This document shows, piece after piece, positions 52,180 through 64,000 of a stretch of 64,000 nucleotides of DNA. The stretch's first letter is position 1. Each line of letters starts with the position of its first letter. A program made the translations under genes and the position numbers. The notes beneath the pieces were generated by a model that ran no database searches, was not told the DNA's origin, and saw only the letters and a list, made by a program, of their open reading frames with translations. The stretch is from Nemertoderma westbladi (Eukaryota > Animalia > Xenacoelomorpha). The stretch lies in assembly GCA_032718475.1 (NCBI GenBank), contig JAUCBJ010002587.1, positions 1-64,000 of the forward strand, in the 5' to 3' direction.

Positions 52180-52194
52180 TTTTATCATGCCATA

Positions 52195-53765
52195 CACCAT
52201 GTCCCAGAATATAGTGTCGTAATTCAGTGACACGCCCCCCCCCCCCCCCCCCCCCCCCTAATTTTGTTACAAATCGTAATGATGATATTGCATGAAATTT
52301 GAAACAGGAAACAGAGATAGTTTCACCTCCCGACCACTGACTGAGGGGCAGAATTTTTATTTTTGCTTTCAATCTTTAGCTACATGCGTTTAAAAAAAGT
52401 GTCTCCAGCGATATTACACCAGTTACACCGCAGTTATTCTTAAACCTTATAGTGATTTGTTGGTACTGATAGAAAGCTGACCGTACAGGGATTCCAAATA
52501 TGTAACACAATTTGAATTTTGTTGAAAAATAGCTGAGATATGGGCGTTCCGGTTTTGCACCGGCGTGAGGCTATTTTATTCTATTTAATAAATACATCAT
52601 AATCTGGAATATTTTGTTTATCCAAATACGTAGCTGGGCAACAATGCATTACATCTTTAATCATACTATTTTCATAGTTATACTATTTCATACTATTTCG
52701 AAAGGCTATGAGATCAATATTAGGTGTCAAAAATTACGTATCCAACAATACCCTGTACCTTCTCCTAGGACAAGAAACCCTATCATCCCTAGTGGCATAC
52801 AACAAATGTAGGATCATATACAGTGCTTTCAACGCAATCCAAAAATAATATACCTCTTCGCCTGGCTTCTATAGCGCAGCATAGCCTTAATATATATAAA
52901 GACCCCCTATTTGATGACTACAACGCTGCGTCGTGGGTTTACGAACTACCATGCATAACCAGCCTAGTAACGGCATCCTACAGCACCAAACATACCATAA
53001 AGAATGCGAAAGAACGCAACAAGCCAACAGCCAAATATAAGGACATTTTCAATGCGCTGTTTTTAAATAGTATCCTAAACAACATCAACTCAGAAAACCA
53101 CGTAAGGCATGAATGTATCCTTGATTTTTATGGAATCGAAAAATAAACCACACAATAATAACTCATGACTAGGTACACACAGAGCTAACTATCACCATGG
53201 TGTCTTTGAGTGACCTGACTTTTATTGATTTATTGTTTTATTGATTTACTGATTTATTGATTTATTTTTTAATTATTCACCGTTTTAATTATAGCCTGCC
53301 GGGGCGTATGCCGTGCAAATGAATGAATGACTATTACGTAGCTATTCATACATTTAAAAAGTGTTCCAGAATATCGTTTATTTATTAATAGAATAAAATA
53401 GCCTCGCGCCGTTGCATAACCATGCAATATTTGAACGCCCATATCTCCGCTATTTTTCAACGAAATTCAAATTGTGTTACATATTTGATATCCTTGCAGG
53501 GCCAGCTTTTCATTGGTACCAACAAACAGCTATAAGGTAGAATAATAACTGCGGTGTAACTGGTGTAATATCGCTGGAGACACTTTTTTTAAACGCTTGT
53601 AGCTAAAGATTGAAAGCAAAAATAAAATTTCTGGCTCACCCAGTCAGTGGTCGGGAGGTGAAACTATCTCTGTTTCAAATTTCATGCAATCTCTTTACGA
53701 TTTGTAAAAAAATTATGGGGGGGTGGGTGTCACTGAATTACGACACTATATTCTGGGACATGGTG
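52195..53765. mobile_element. Non-autonomous DNA transposon with ~400-bp TIRs and TA target duplication
   Basis: TA|caccatgtcccagaatatagtgtcgtaattcagtgacac ... gtgtcactgaattacgacactatattctgggacatggtg|TA; the inverted match extends to about 52590/53376. No transposase recognised inside. Confidence 0.85.
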
Positions 53766-54014
53766 TATTATATAGGAGGATAAATGAATCAATTTGTGAA
53801 TTATTACACCACCTAAATAATGAAACAGTGCGCTTTTGGGGGTGAAATAAATGTTTTTGCGCGTGATTTAATGAAGCTTGATTTTGAAACCAAATGTATG
53901 CCATACGTTTGTGGCCATTCCACGGCCAAAATTATTATTTTATTTATTAACAATGCACTTAAAATGGTTCTTGGTAAAGATGGAAATTAAAACCTGTAAC
54001 TTTACTCATTGCAG

Positions 54015-54167
54015 ATGTGCAGACAACTTCCTGCGCGCACTGAAGGTCAGACATGGCAACTGCTGTACAGCACGTTCCGGGACGGATTCAGCCTAGCAAC
54101 CCTATACCGTTGCAACCAATCAATAGACTCATGCGTTTTAATTCTCGTCAAAGACAGTGACGATTGC
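54015..54167 (+). CDS. OXR1: OXR1-family exon G (TLDc domain, first part)
   Basis: cattgcag|ATG; MCRQLPARTEGQTWQLLYSTFRDGFSLATLYRCNQSIDSCVLILVKDSDDC is typical TLDc (LP.R..G..W.L.YST..GFSL.TLYR). Donor TGC|GTAAGT. The remaining TLDc exons were not found in the window. Confidence 0.93.
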
Positions 54168-54203
54168 GTAAGTGATTGGCAATTTGGGTCCCTCATGACC
54201 TAC

Positions 54204-56128
54204 ACTGCCGTGTAATGTGATAAGACCGTAAGTCGCATTTTTTCACTTTTTCTGGGTCTAAAAAATGCGCTCTATCTAATGGTATAATCGATAACTAATC
54301 GATCGTAGTTCTCGAGATATGCAATGTAGAAAGGCTGTAAGTTACAACATATGTATATGTTACAATGGTAAAAGACCGTATAAGTGCAATACAAAAGACC
54401 GCAACTACTTAAATGTATTCAAAAAACCGTAAGTCACAAGACTTGGGGTGTTTTGTCATTGCATAGATAATAAGAAAACGCACATACGGTTTTATTGAAA
54501 TATGTGTCTTTTGACTTGCGGTTTTTTACTATTAGCAGAAAAGGCGCGAAATTTCACTAAGTGACTTGCGGTGTTTTATCATCATATAGCTAACCTGCCT
54601 ACTAGAGAATAGACATTAGAATTGTTGCATTAAGATAAACCCTAAGTAAACGTCACTACATTTTAATATTTATTTATGATTATATATATCCTTGTAGTGG
54701 TAACAGTTTTGTTCTCATATTTTTTATTGCGTATTGTTGATTGATGGTAATAGTAAAATACTATTCCACTGACCTATTTCTCTATAATTAAATTTTTGAA
54801 TTTTTTGTAATTCATCTGTATCTTTGAGTCGGGTTAATTGGGAACCCCGAGATTTTGTGACTTTTCCTAAAATTTAATTTAATTAGAACAAACGCCATTT
54901 ACTTGGCTATCTATGTTAGTTTTCGTGTTGTGGTCCCTTTCTGGGGCACCAATCTGCAGTATTTTTGTGCTAAATTTTCAAAAGTTTGTTATGGCGTACT
55001 AAAATTAATTTATTTGCGGTATATAGCGGTTTTTGGATGCTGATCACGATTATAGAACTCAAATATAACATTCGAGAACATTTTTGGCAATTTTGAATGT
55101 GCCCCCTGGTGCACGAAAAAAACAAGCAGTGCAAATATCATATTAAAAATGCTTGTATGTAATAACTGTTGTTATTAAATCCATTAGTCACCTGAGGTCA
55201 ACCCGCTCTACTAAAACTAAGAATCCCTTCTAAAGTGCTTTTAAGCGAAATCAAAATGTAAAAAAGTCATAATGTTAAGTCCAGCCAGAGGCTGACCAAC
55301 TAATAGTCAAAGAGACTAGATTCTATCGAACATGACATTGGATATGAAATCACGGACCTCGAAAACCACCATAATGAAAATTATAGCTCTGTGGTGTAAC
55401 TTCCCTCATGCCACACCCTCACATTATTAACCAACCAAACCCCATACGGGCAGTTTTATGTGGCAATGTTTAAACTTTCAAGGCAATATTCTCGGAAAGA
55501 AATTTTTCACGCAAAAACACGAACTCCTCTGTCATTTAATAGTTTTTTTTTTGTTATTTTCGCTTCATATAACAGGTAATTTAATAAACTTAGACAAATT
55601 TCGGGCAGTTTTTTTTATTTCATAATATTTCCCCGTTCCCAAGTTTATTTTTGTTTATGCAACCACTTTGAGTTATTTAGAAATTTAAAACCGCAGGGGG
55701 GGTTGCCCCCCCCCCCCCCCCCCCCATAATTTATGCATTAAATTTATACAATTCAAAAACACCGCAACTGACAGACTTGCGGTGTTTTGTCATTGTGACA
55801 TTTGTTTTGTCATTGTGACATTTGTTTTGTCATTGTGACATTTGTTTTGTCATTGTGACATTTGTTTTGTCATTGTATCGAATGTATTTACATACAGGTT
55901 GTACAATGCAAAAACACCGTAAGTACAAAAAATAACCCTGAAGTAAATATATTAATGGAAAGTGAAAAATAATCACGTAGAAAAATTTCCCACCCCAAAT
56001 TGCGTTGGGTTATAGTAGGTACTAGTAATTTACGGACATTTTAAACCAACAATCTGAAGGCAAACAGTAATTTGCGTTTTACTCGAAATTACTTTTTGTG
56101 ACTTGTGGTTTTTACATTGCACGGCAGT
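54204..56128. mobile_element. TIR element with subterminal motif repeats
   Basis: actgccgtgtaatgtgataagaccgtaagtc ... gacttgtggtttttacattgcacggcagt; repeated aa(g/c)accg(t/c)aagtc motifs in both orientations; internal 20-bp tandem (ttttgtcattgtgacatttg x4) at about 55785-55876. Confidence 0.65.
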
Positions 56129-56974
56129 ACAGTTCCAGATATCGATTATAGGAGGTCATGATCCCCTTTATTACATTCCAGTTTAGTTGTATTCCTTTTC
56201 GTGGAAGCGGTCAAATTCGGCCACCGATATTTTTTTTTACAATTATGTTTTTGGGACATATTTTCCAGGGACCGAACCGAATTAATAAACTATACCAATC
56301 ATTAAACACATAATAACCCCAACCAACAAATACAACCGTTACAACAACTATAACAGTGTAGCTTAGTGTTTAAATTTCTTTATCGTGACTGACAGAAAGT
56401 CCATACAGAGGGGATATTATCTATATCATGGTAGGTATAATAGATACTGGCTCTAAGGACAGACGTATTTAACTGGTACCTGTGTTGTAAAAAAACGTGT
56501 GTTGGCCTATTTGAATTACTGAAATTATAATTTGTAATATTTGTGTGAAATAACATTGTGACGGAAAAACGTTTCAGGTTTCATTTCATTATTGTAAAGC
56601 ACTCGAGTTGCTTAAGATCGCCCTGTTCAATAACTGGTAAAGTAAAGTTAGAATGATAAACTGCATAAGTACTTTACAGTTTCTCGTGTTTTTATTTCAA
56701 CTAAATCACAACAATCGTGTGTTTCAAATCAATTAGGTTTTACAGACTGTAGAAATGGACGTTTAACTGTTTACTGAGCCCCCTAAGAGGGCATGAAAAA
56801 TAATGACGAAGTTCGTGTTTACCAAATAAAATTTTATTTGATTATTTCACCTTTGGGATTCGACGTAGTTTTTTTTGTTATGTTTGAATTTATATTTTAT
56901 AAATTTATTTCACAAAATGATTTACTTATTGATTTAAACTTTATTTAATATTTTAAAACGTTTTTCTACGCAAT

Positions 56975-59900
56975 TTACTTTATGACGGTCTGCTATTAAT
57001 TGGTTTGTAGTTGACCTTTGTACTTTACTACGGTCTGCTATTAATTGGTTTGTAGTTGACCTTTGCACTTTACGACGGTCTGCTATTAATTGGTTTGTAG
57101 TTGACCTTTGCACTTTACTACGGTCTGCTATTAATTGGTTTGTAGTTGACCTTTGCACTTTACGTCGGTCTGCTATTAATTGGTTTGTAGTTGACCTTTG
57201 TACTTTACTACGGTCTGCTATTAATTGGTTTGTAGTTGACCTTTGTACTTTACTGCGGTCTGCTATTAATTGGTTTGTAGTTGACCTTTGGACTTTACTA
57301 CGGTCTGCTATTAATTGGTTTGTAGTTGACCTTTGTACTTTACGACGGTCTGCTATTAATGGGTTTGTAGTTGACCTTTGTACTTTACTACGGTCTGCTA
57401 TTAATTGGTTTGTAGTTGACCTTTGCACTTTACTACGGTCTGCTATTAATTGGTTTGTAGTTGACCTTTGCACTTTACGTCGGTCTGCTATTAATTGGTT
57501 TGTAGTTGACCTTTGCACTTTACTACGGTCTGCTATTAATTGGTTTGTAGTTGACCTTTGCACTTTACGACGGTCTGCTATTAATTGGTTTGTAGTTGAC
57601 CTTTGCACTTTACGACGGTCTGCTATTAATTGGTTTGTAGTTGACCTTTGCACTTTACTACGGTCTGCTATTAATTGGTTTGTAGTTGACCTTTGCACTT
57701 TACTACGGTCTGCTATTAATTGGTTTGTAGTTGACCTTTGCACTTTACTACGGTCTGCTATTAATTGGTTTGTAGTTGACCTTTGCACTTTACTACGGTC
57801 TGCTATTAATTGGTTTGTAGTTGACCTTTGCACTTTACTACGGTCTGCTATTAATTGGTTTGTAGTTGACCTTTGTACTTTACGACGGTCTGCTATTAAT
57901 TGGTTTGTAGTTGACCTTTGTACTTTACTACGGTCTGCTATTAATTGGTTTGTAGTTGACCTTTGCACTTTACGACGGTCTGCTATTAATTGGTTTGTAG
58001 TTGACCTTTGCACTTTACGTCGGTCTGATATTAATTGGTTTGTAGTTTACCTTTGTACTTTACGACGGTCTGCTATTAATTGGTTTGTAGTTGACCTTTG
58101 TACTTTACTACGGTCTGCTATTAATTGGTTTGTAGTTGACCTTTGCACTTTACGACGGTCTGCTATTAATTGGTTTGTAGTTGACCTTTGTACTTTACGA
58201 CGGTCTGCTATTAATTGGTTTGTAGTTGACCTTTGCACTTTACGACGGTCTGCTATTAATTGGTTTGTAGTTGACCTTTGCACTTTACGACGGTCTGCTA
58301 TTAATTGGTTTGTAGTTGACCTTTGCACTTTACGTCGGTCTGATATTAATTGGTTTGTAGTTTACCTTTGTACTTTACGACGGTCTGCTATTAATTGGTT
58401 TGTAGTTGACCTTTGCACTTTACGACGGTCTGCTATTAATTGGTTTGTAGTTGACCTTTGCACTTTACGTCGGTCTGATATTAATTGGTTTGTAGTTTAC
58501 CTTTGTACTTTACGACGGTCTGCTATTAATTGGTTTGTAGTTGACCTTTGTACTTTACTACGGTCTGCTATTAATTGGTTTGTAGTTGACCTTTGTACTT
58601 TACTACGGTCTGCTATTAATTGGTTTGTAGTTGACCTTTGTACTTTACGACGGTCTGCTATTGATTGGTTTGTAGTTGACCTTTGTACTTTACTACGGTC
58701 TGCTATTGATTGGTTTGTAGTTGACCTTTGCACTTTACTACGGTCTGCTATTAATTGGTTTGTAGTTGACCTTTGCACTTTACGACGGTCTGCTATTAAT
58801 TGGTTTGTAGTTGACCTTTGTACTTTACTACGGTCTGCTATTAATTGGTTTGTAGTTGACCTTTGCACTTTACGACGGTCTGCTATTAATTGGTTTGTAG
58901 TTGACCTTTGTCTTTATACTTTACTACGGTCTGCTATTAATTGGTTTGTAGTTGACCTTTGCACTTTACTACGGTCTGCTATTAATTGGTTTGTAGTTGA
59001 CCTTTGTACTTTACTACGGTCTGCTATTAATTGGTTTGTAGTTTACCTTTGCACTTTACTACGGTCTGCTATTAATTGGTTTGTAGTTGACCTTTGTACT
59101 TTACTACGGTCTGCTATTAATTGGTTTGTAGTTTACCTTTGTACTTTACTACGGTCTGCTATTAATTGGTTTGTAGTTGACCTTTACACTTTACTACGGT
59201 CTGCTATTAATTGGTTTGTAGTTGACCTTTGCACTTTACTACGGTCTGCTATTAATTGGTTTGTAGTTGACCTTTGTACTTTACTACGGTCTGCTATTAA
59301 TTGGTTTGTAGTTGACCTTTGTACTTTACGACGGTCTGCTATTAATTGGTTTGTAGTTGACCTTTGTACTTTATACTTTACGACGGTCTGCTATTAATTG
59401 GTTTGTAGTTGACCTTTGTACTTTACTACGGTCTGCTATTAATTGGTTTGTAGTTGACCTTTGGACTTTACTACGGTCTGCTATTAATTGGTTTGTAGTT
59501 TACCTTTGCACTTTACTACGGTCTGCTATTAATTGGTTTGTAGTTGACCTTTGTACTTTACTACGGTCTGCTATTAATTGGTTTGTAGTTTACCTTTGTA
59601 CTTTACTACGGTCTGCTATTAATTGGTTTGTAGTTGACCTTTACACTTTACTACGGTCTGCTATTAATTGGTTTGTAGTTGACCTTTGCACTTTACGACG
59701 GTCTGCTATTAATTGGTTTGTAGTTGACCTTTGCACTTTACGTCGGTCTGCTATTAATTGGTTTGTAGTTTACCTTTGTACTTTACTACGGTCTGCTATT
59801 AATTGGTTTGTAGTTGACCTTTGCACTTTACTACGGTCTGCTATTAATTGGTTTGTAGTTGACCTTTGCACTTTACGTCGGTCTGATATTAATTGGTTTG

Positions 59901-62900
59901 TTGTTTACCTTTGTACTTTACGACGGTCTGCTATTAATTGGTTTGTAGTTGACCTTTGTACTTTACTACGGTCTGCTATTAATTGGTTTGTAGTTGACCT
60001 TTGTACTTTACTACGGTCTGCTATTAATTGGTTTGTAGTTGACCTTTGCACTTTACGACGGTCTGCTATTAATTGGTTTGTAGTTGACCTTTGCACTTTA
60101 CGTCGGTCTGATATTAATTGGTTTGTAGTTTACCTTTGTACTTTACGACGGTCTGCTATTAATTGGTTTGTAGTTGACCTTTGCACTTTACGACGGTCTG
60201 CTATTAATTGGTTTGTAGTTGACCTTTGCACTTTACTACGGTCTGCTATTAATTGGTTTGTAGTTGACCTTTGCACTTTACGACGGTCTGCTATTAATTG
60301 GTTTGTAGTTGACCTTTGCACTTTACGACGGTCTGCTATTAATTGGTTTGTAGTTGACCTTTGTACTTTACTACGGTCTGCTATTAATTGGTTTGTAGTT
60401 GACCTTTGCACTTTACGACGGTCTGCTATTAATTGGTTTGTAGTTGACCTTTGCACTTTACGTCGGTCTGATATTAATTGGTTTGTAGTTTACCTTTGTA
60501 CTTTACGACGGTCTGCTATTAATTGGTTTGTAGTTGACCTTTGCACTTTACTACGGTCTGCTATTAATTGGTTTGTAGTTGACCTTTGCACTTTACGTCG
60601 GTCTGATATTAATTGGTTTGTAGTTTACCTTTGTACTTTACGACGGTCTGCTATTAATTGGTTTGTAGTTGACCTTTGTACTTTACTACGGTCTGCTATT
60701 AATTGGTTTGTAGTTGACCTTTGCACTTTACGACGGTCTGCTATTAATTGGTTTGTAGTTGACCTTTGCACTTTACGTCGGTCTGATATTAATTGGTTTG
60801 TAGTTTACCTTGTACTTTACGACGGTCTGCTATTAATTGGTTTGTAGTTGACCTTTGCACTTTACGACGGTCTGCTATTAATTGGTTTGTAGTTGACCTT
60901 TGCACTTTACGTCGGTCTGATATTAATTGGTTTGTAGTTTACCTTTGTACTTTACGACGGTCTGCTATTAATTGGTTTGTAGTTGACCTTTGTACTTTAC
61001 TACGGTCTGCTATTAATTGGTTTGTAGTTGACCTTTGCACTTTACGACGGTCTGCTATTAATTGGTTTGTAGTTGACCTTTGTACTTTACTACGGTCTGC
61101 TATTAATTGGTTTGTAGTTGACCTTTGCACTTTACTACGGTCTGCTATTAATTGGTTTGTAGTTTACCTTTGTACTTTACTACGGTCTGCTATTAATTGG
61201 TTTGTAGTTGACCTTTGCACTTTACTACGGTCTGCTATTAATTGGTTTGTAGTTGACCTTTGCACTTTACTACGGTCTGCTATTAATTGGTTTGTAGTTG
61301 ACTTTTGCACTTTACTACGGTCTGCTATTAATTGGTTTGTAGTTGACCTTTGCACTTTACGACGGTCTGCTATTAATTGGTTTGTAGTTGACCTTTGCAC
61401 TTTACGACGGTCTGCTATTAATTGGTTTGTAGTTGACCTTTGCACTTTACGACGGTCTGCTATTAATTGGTTTGTAGTTGACCTTTGTACTTTACGACGG
61501 TCTGCTATTAATTGGTTTGTAGTTGACCTTTGTACTTTACTACGGTCTGCTATTAATTGGTTTGTAGTTGACCTTTGCACTTTACTACGGTCTGCTATTA
61601 ATTGGTTTGTAGTTGACCTTTGTACTTTACGACGGTCTGCTATTAATTGGTTTGTAGTTGACTTTTGCACTTTACTACGGTCTGCTATTAATTGGTTTGT
61701 AGTTGACCTTTGCACTTTACGACGGTCTGCTATTAATTGGTTTGTAGTTGACCTTTGCACTTTACGACGGTCTGCTATTAATTGGTTTGTAGTTGACCTT
61801 TGCACTTTACGACGGTCTGCTATTAATTGGTTTGTAGTTGACCTTTGTACTTTACGACGGTCTGCTATTAATTGGTTTGTAGTTGACCTTTGTACTTTAC
61901 TACGGTCTGCTATTAATTGGTTTGTAGTTGACCTTTGCACTTTACTACGGTCTGCTATTAATTGGTTTGTAGTTGACCTTTGCACTTTACTACGGTCTGC
62001 TATTAATTGGTTTGTAGTTGACCTTTGCACTTTACGACGGTCTGCTATTAATTGGTTTGTAGTTGACCTTTGCACTTTACGACGGTCTGCTATTAATTGG
62101 TTTGTAGTTGACCTTTGTACTTTACTACGTTCTACTATTAATTGGTTTGTAGTTGACCTTTGCACTTTACGACGGTCTGCTATTAATTGGTTTGTAGTTT
62201 ACCTTTGTACTTTACGACGGTCTGCTATTAATTGGTTTGTAGTTGACCTTTGTACTTTACTACGGTCTGCTATTAATGGGTTTGTAGTTGACCTTTGCAC
62301 TTTACGACGGTCTGCTATTAATGGGTTTGTAGTTTACCTTTGTACTTTACTACGGTCTGCTATTAATGGGTTTGTAGTTGACCTTTGCACTTTACGACGG
62401 TCTGATATTAATTGGTTTGTAGTTTACCTTTGTACTTTACTACGGTCTGCTATTAATGGGTTTGTAGTTGACCTTTGCACTTTACGACGGTCTGCTATTA
62501 ATGGGTTTGTAGTTTACCTTTGTACTTTACTACGGTCTGCTATTAATGGGTTTGTAGTTGACCTTTGCACTTTACGACGGTCTGCTATTAATGGGTTTGT
62601 AGTTTACCTTTGTACTTTACTACGGTCTGCTATTAATGGGTTTGTAGTTGACCTTTGCACTTTACGACGGTCTGCTATTAATGGGTTTGTAGTTTACCTT
62701 TGTACTTTACTACGGTCTGCTATTAATGGGTTTGTAGTTGACCTTTGCACTTTACGACGGTCTACTATTAATTGGTTTGTAGTTGACCTTTGCACTTTAC
62801 TACGGTCTGCTATTAATTGGTTTGTAGTTGACCTTTGCACTTTACTACGGTCTGCTATTAATTGGTTTGTAGTTTACCTTTGTACTTTACTACGGTCTGC

Positions 62901-64000
62901 TATTAATTGGTTTGTAGTTGACCTTTGTACTTTACTACGGTCTGCTATTAATTGGTTTGTAGTTGACCTTTGCACTTTACTACGGTCTGCTATTAATTGG
63001 TTTGTAGTTGACCTTTGCACTTTACGACGGTCTGCTATTAATTGGTTTGTAGTTGACCTTTGCACTTTACGACGGTCTGCTATTAATTGGTTTGTAGTTG
63101 ACCTTTGTACTTTACTACGTTCTACTATTAATTGGTTTGTAGTTGACCTTTGCACTTTACGACGGTCTGCTATTAATTGGTTTGTAGTTTACCTTTGTAC
63201 TTTACGACGGTCTGCTATTAATTGGTTTGTAGTTGACCTTTGTACTTTACTACGGTCTGCTATTAATGGGTTTGTAGTTGACCTTTGCACTTTACGACGG
63301 TCTGCTATTAATGGGTTTGTAGTTTACCTTTGTACTTTACTACGGTCTGCTATTAATGGGTTTGTAGTTGACCTTTGCACTTTACGACGGTCTGATATTA
63401 ATTGGTTTGTAGTTTACCTTTGTACTTTACTACGGTCTGCTATTAATGGGTTTGTAGTTGACCTTTGCACTTTACGACGGTCTGCTATTAATGGGTTTGT
63501 AGTTTACCTTTGTACTTTACTACGGTCTGCTATTAATGGGTTTGTAGTTGACCTTTGCACTTTACGACGGTCTGCTATTAATTGGTTTGTAGTTGACCTT
63601 TGCAACTTAACTACGGTCTGCTATTAATTGGTTTGTAGTTGATCTTTGCACTTTACTACGGTCTGCTATTAATTGGTTTGTAGTTGACCTTTGCACTTTA
63701 CTACGGTCTGCTATTAATTGGTTTATAGTTGACCTTTGCACTTTACGACGGTCTGCTATTAATTGGTTTCTAGTTGACCTTTGTACTTTACGACGGTCTG
63801 CTATTAATTGGTTTGTAGTTGACCTTTGGACTTTACTACGGTCTGCTATTAATTGGTTTGTAGTTGACCTTTGTACTTTACTACGGTCTGCTATGTTTGT
63901 AGTTGACCTTTGCACTTTACGACGGTCTGCTATTAATTGGTTTGTAGTTGACCTTTGCACTTTACTACGGTCTGCTATTAATTGGTTTGTAGTGACCTTT
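56975..64000. repeat. 45-bp satellite (>150 copies, runs off window end)
   Basis: Unit ctttg(c/t)actttac(t/g)acggtctgctattaattggtttgtagttgac; source of all QRSTTNQLIADR / INWFVVDLCTL ORFs. Confidence 0.97.

Larger units (their letters stand above)
50380..53910. mobile_element. Outer non-autonomous TIR element hosting nested insertions
   Basis: tatggcatatacatttgg...cattaaatcacgcgcaaaaaca...gtgtaataatt (50380-50490, resuming at about 51820) is the reverse complement of 53770-53910. Confidence 0.65.

Noticed and set aside
2898-55725. Poly-C/poly-G tracts (about 2898, 14211, 18652, 52128, 52234, 55706) and their poly-Pro/Gly ORFs
   Set aside because: They are simple homopolymer runs, mostly within repeat elements; the ORFs are spurious.
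56934-63960. ORFs up to 944 aa in the terminal array
   Set aside because: These are pure 15-aa periodicity from the 45-bp satellite, on both strands.

Overview
AT-rich eukaryotic (animal-like) genomic DNA with spliceosomal introns. It holds three genes. (1) A complete two-exon ABCE1 (+, 3392-5662). (2) An intact, intronless bacterial-type murD peptidoglycan ligase of Bacteroidetes-like sequence (-, 6160-7512), lying tail-to-tail with ABCE1 among host repeats, so a candidate horizontal transfer. (3) Seven in-phase exons of an OXR1/NCOA7/mustard-family TLDc gene (+, 8714-54167), incomplete at both ends. Over half the window is tandem repeat, and nearly all long ORFs in the track beyond 22 kb are translations of those repeats. 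Four of the arrays are not random satellites: each is a tandem amplification of one of the OXR1 gene's own exon-intron junctions (two donors, two acceptors), so the real splice site is the terminal copy of tens to hundreds of near-identical ones. The remainder is MITEs, a decayed LINE, a probable tRNA-derived SINE and other minisatellites. All family assignments come from motif recognition by eye, and copy numbers are length/unit estimates; no searches were run.
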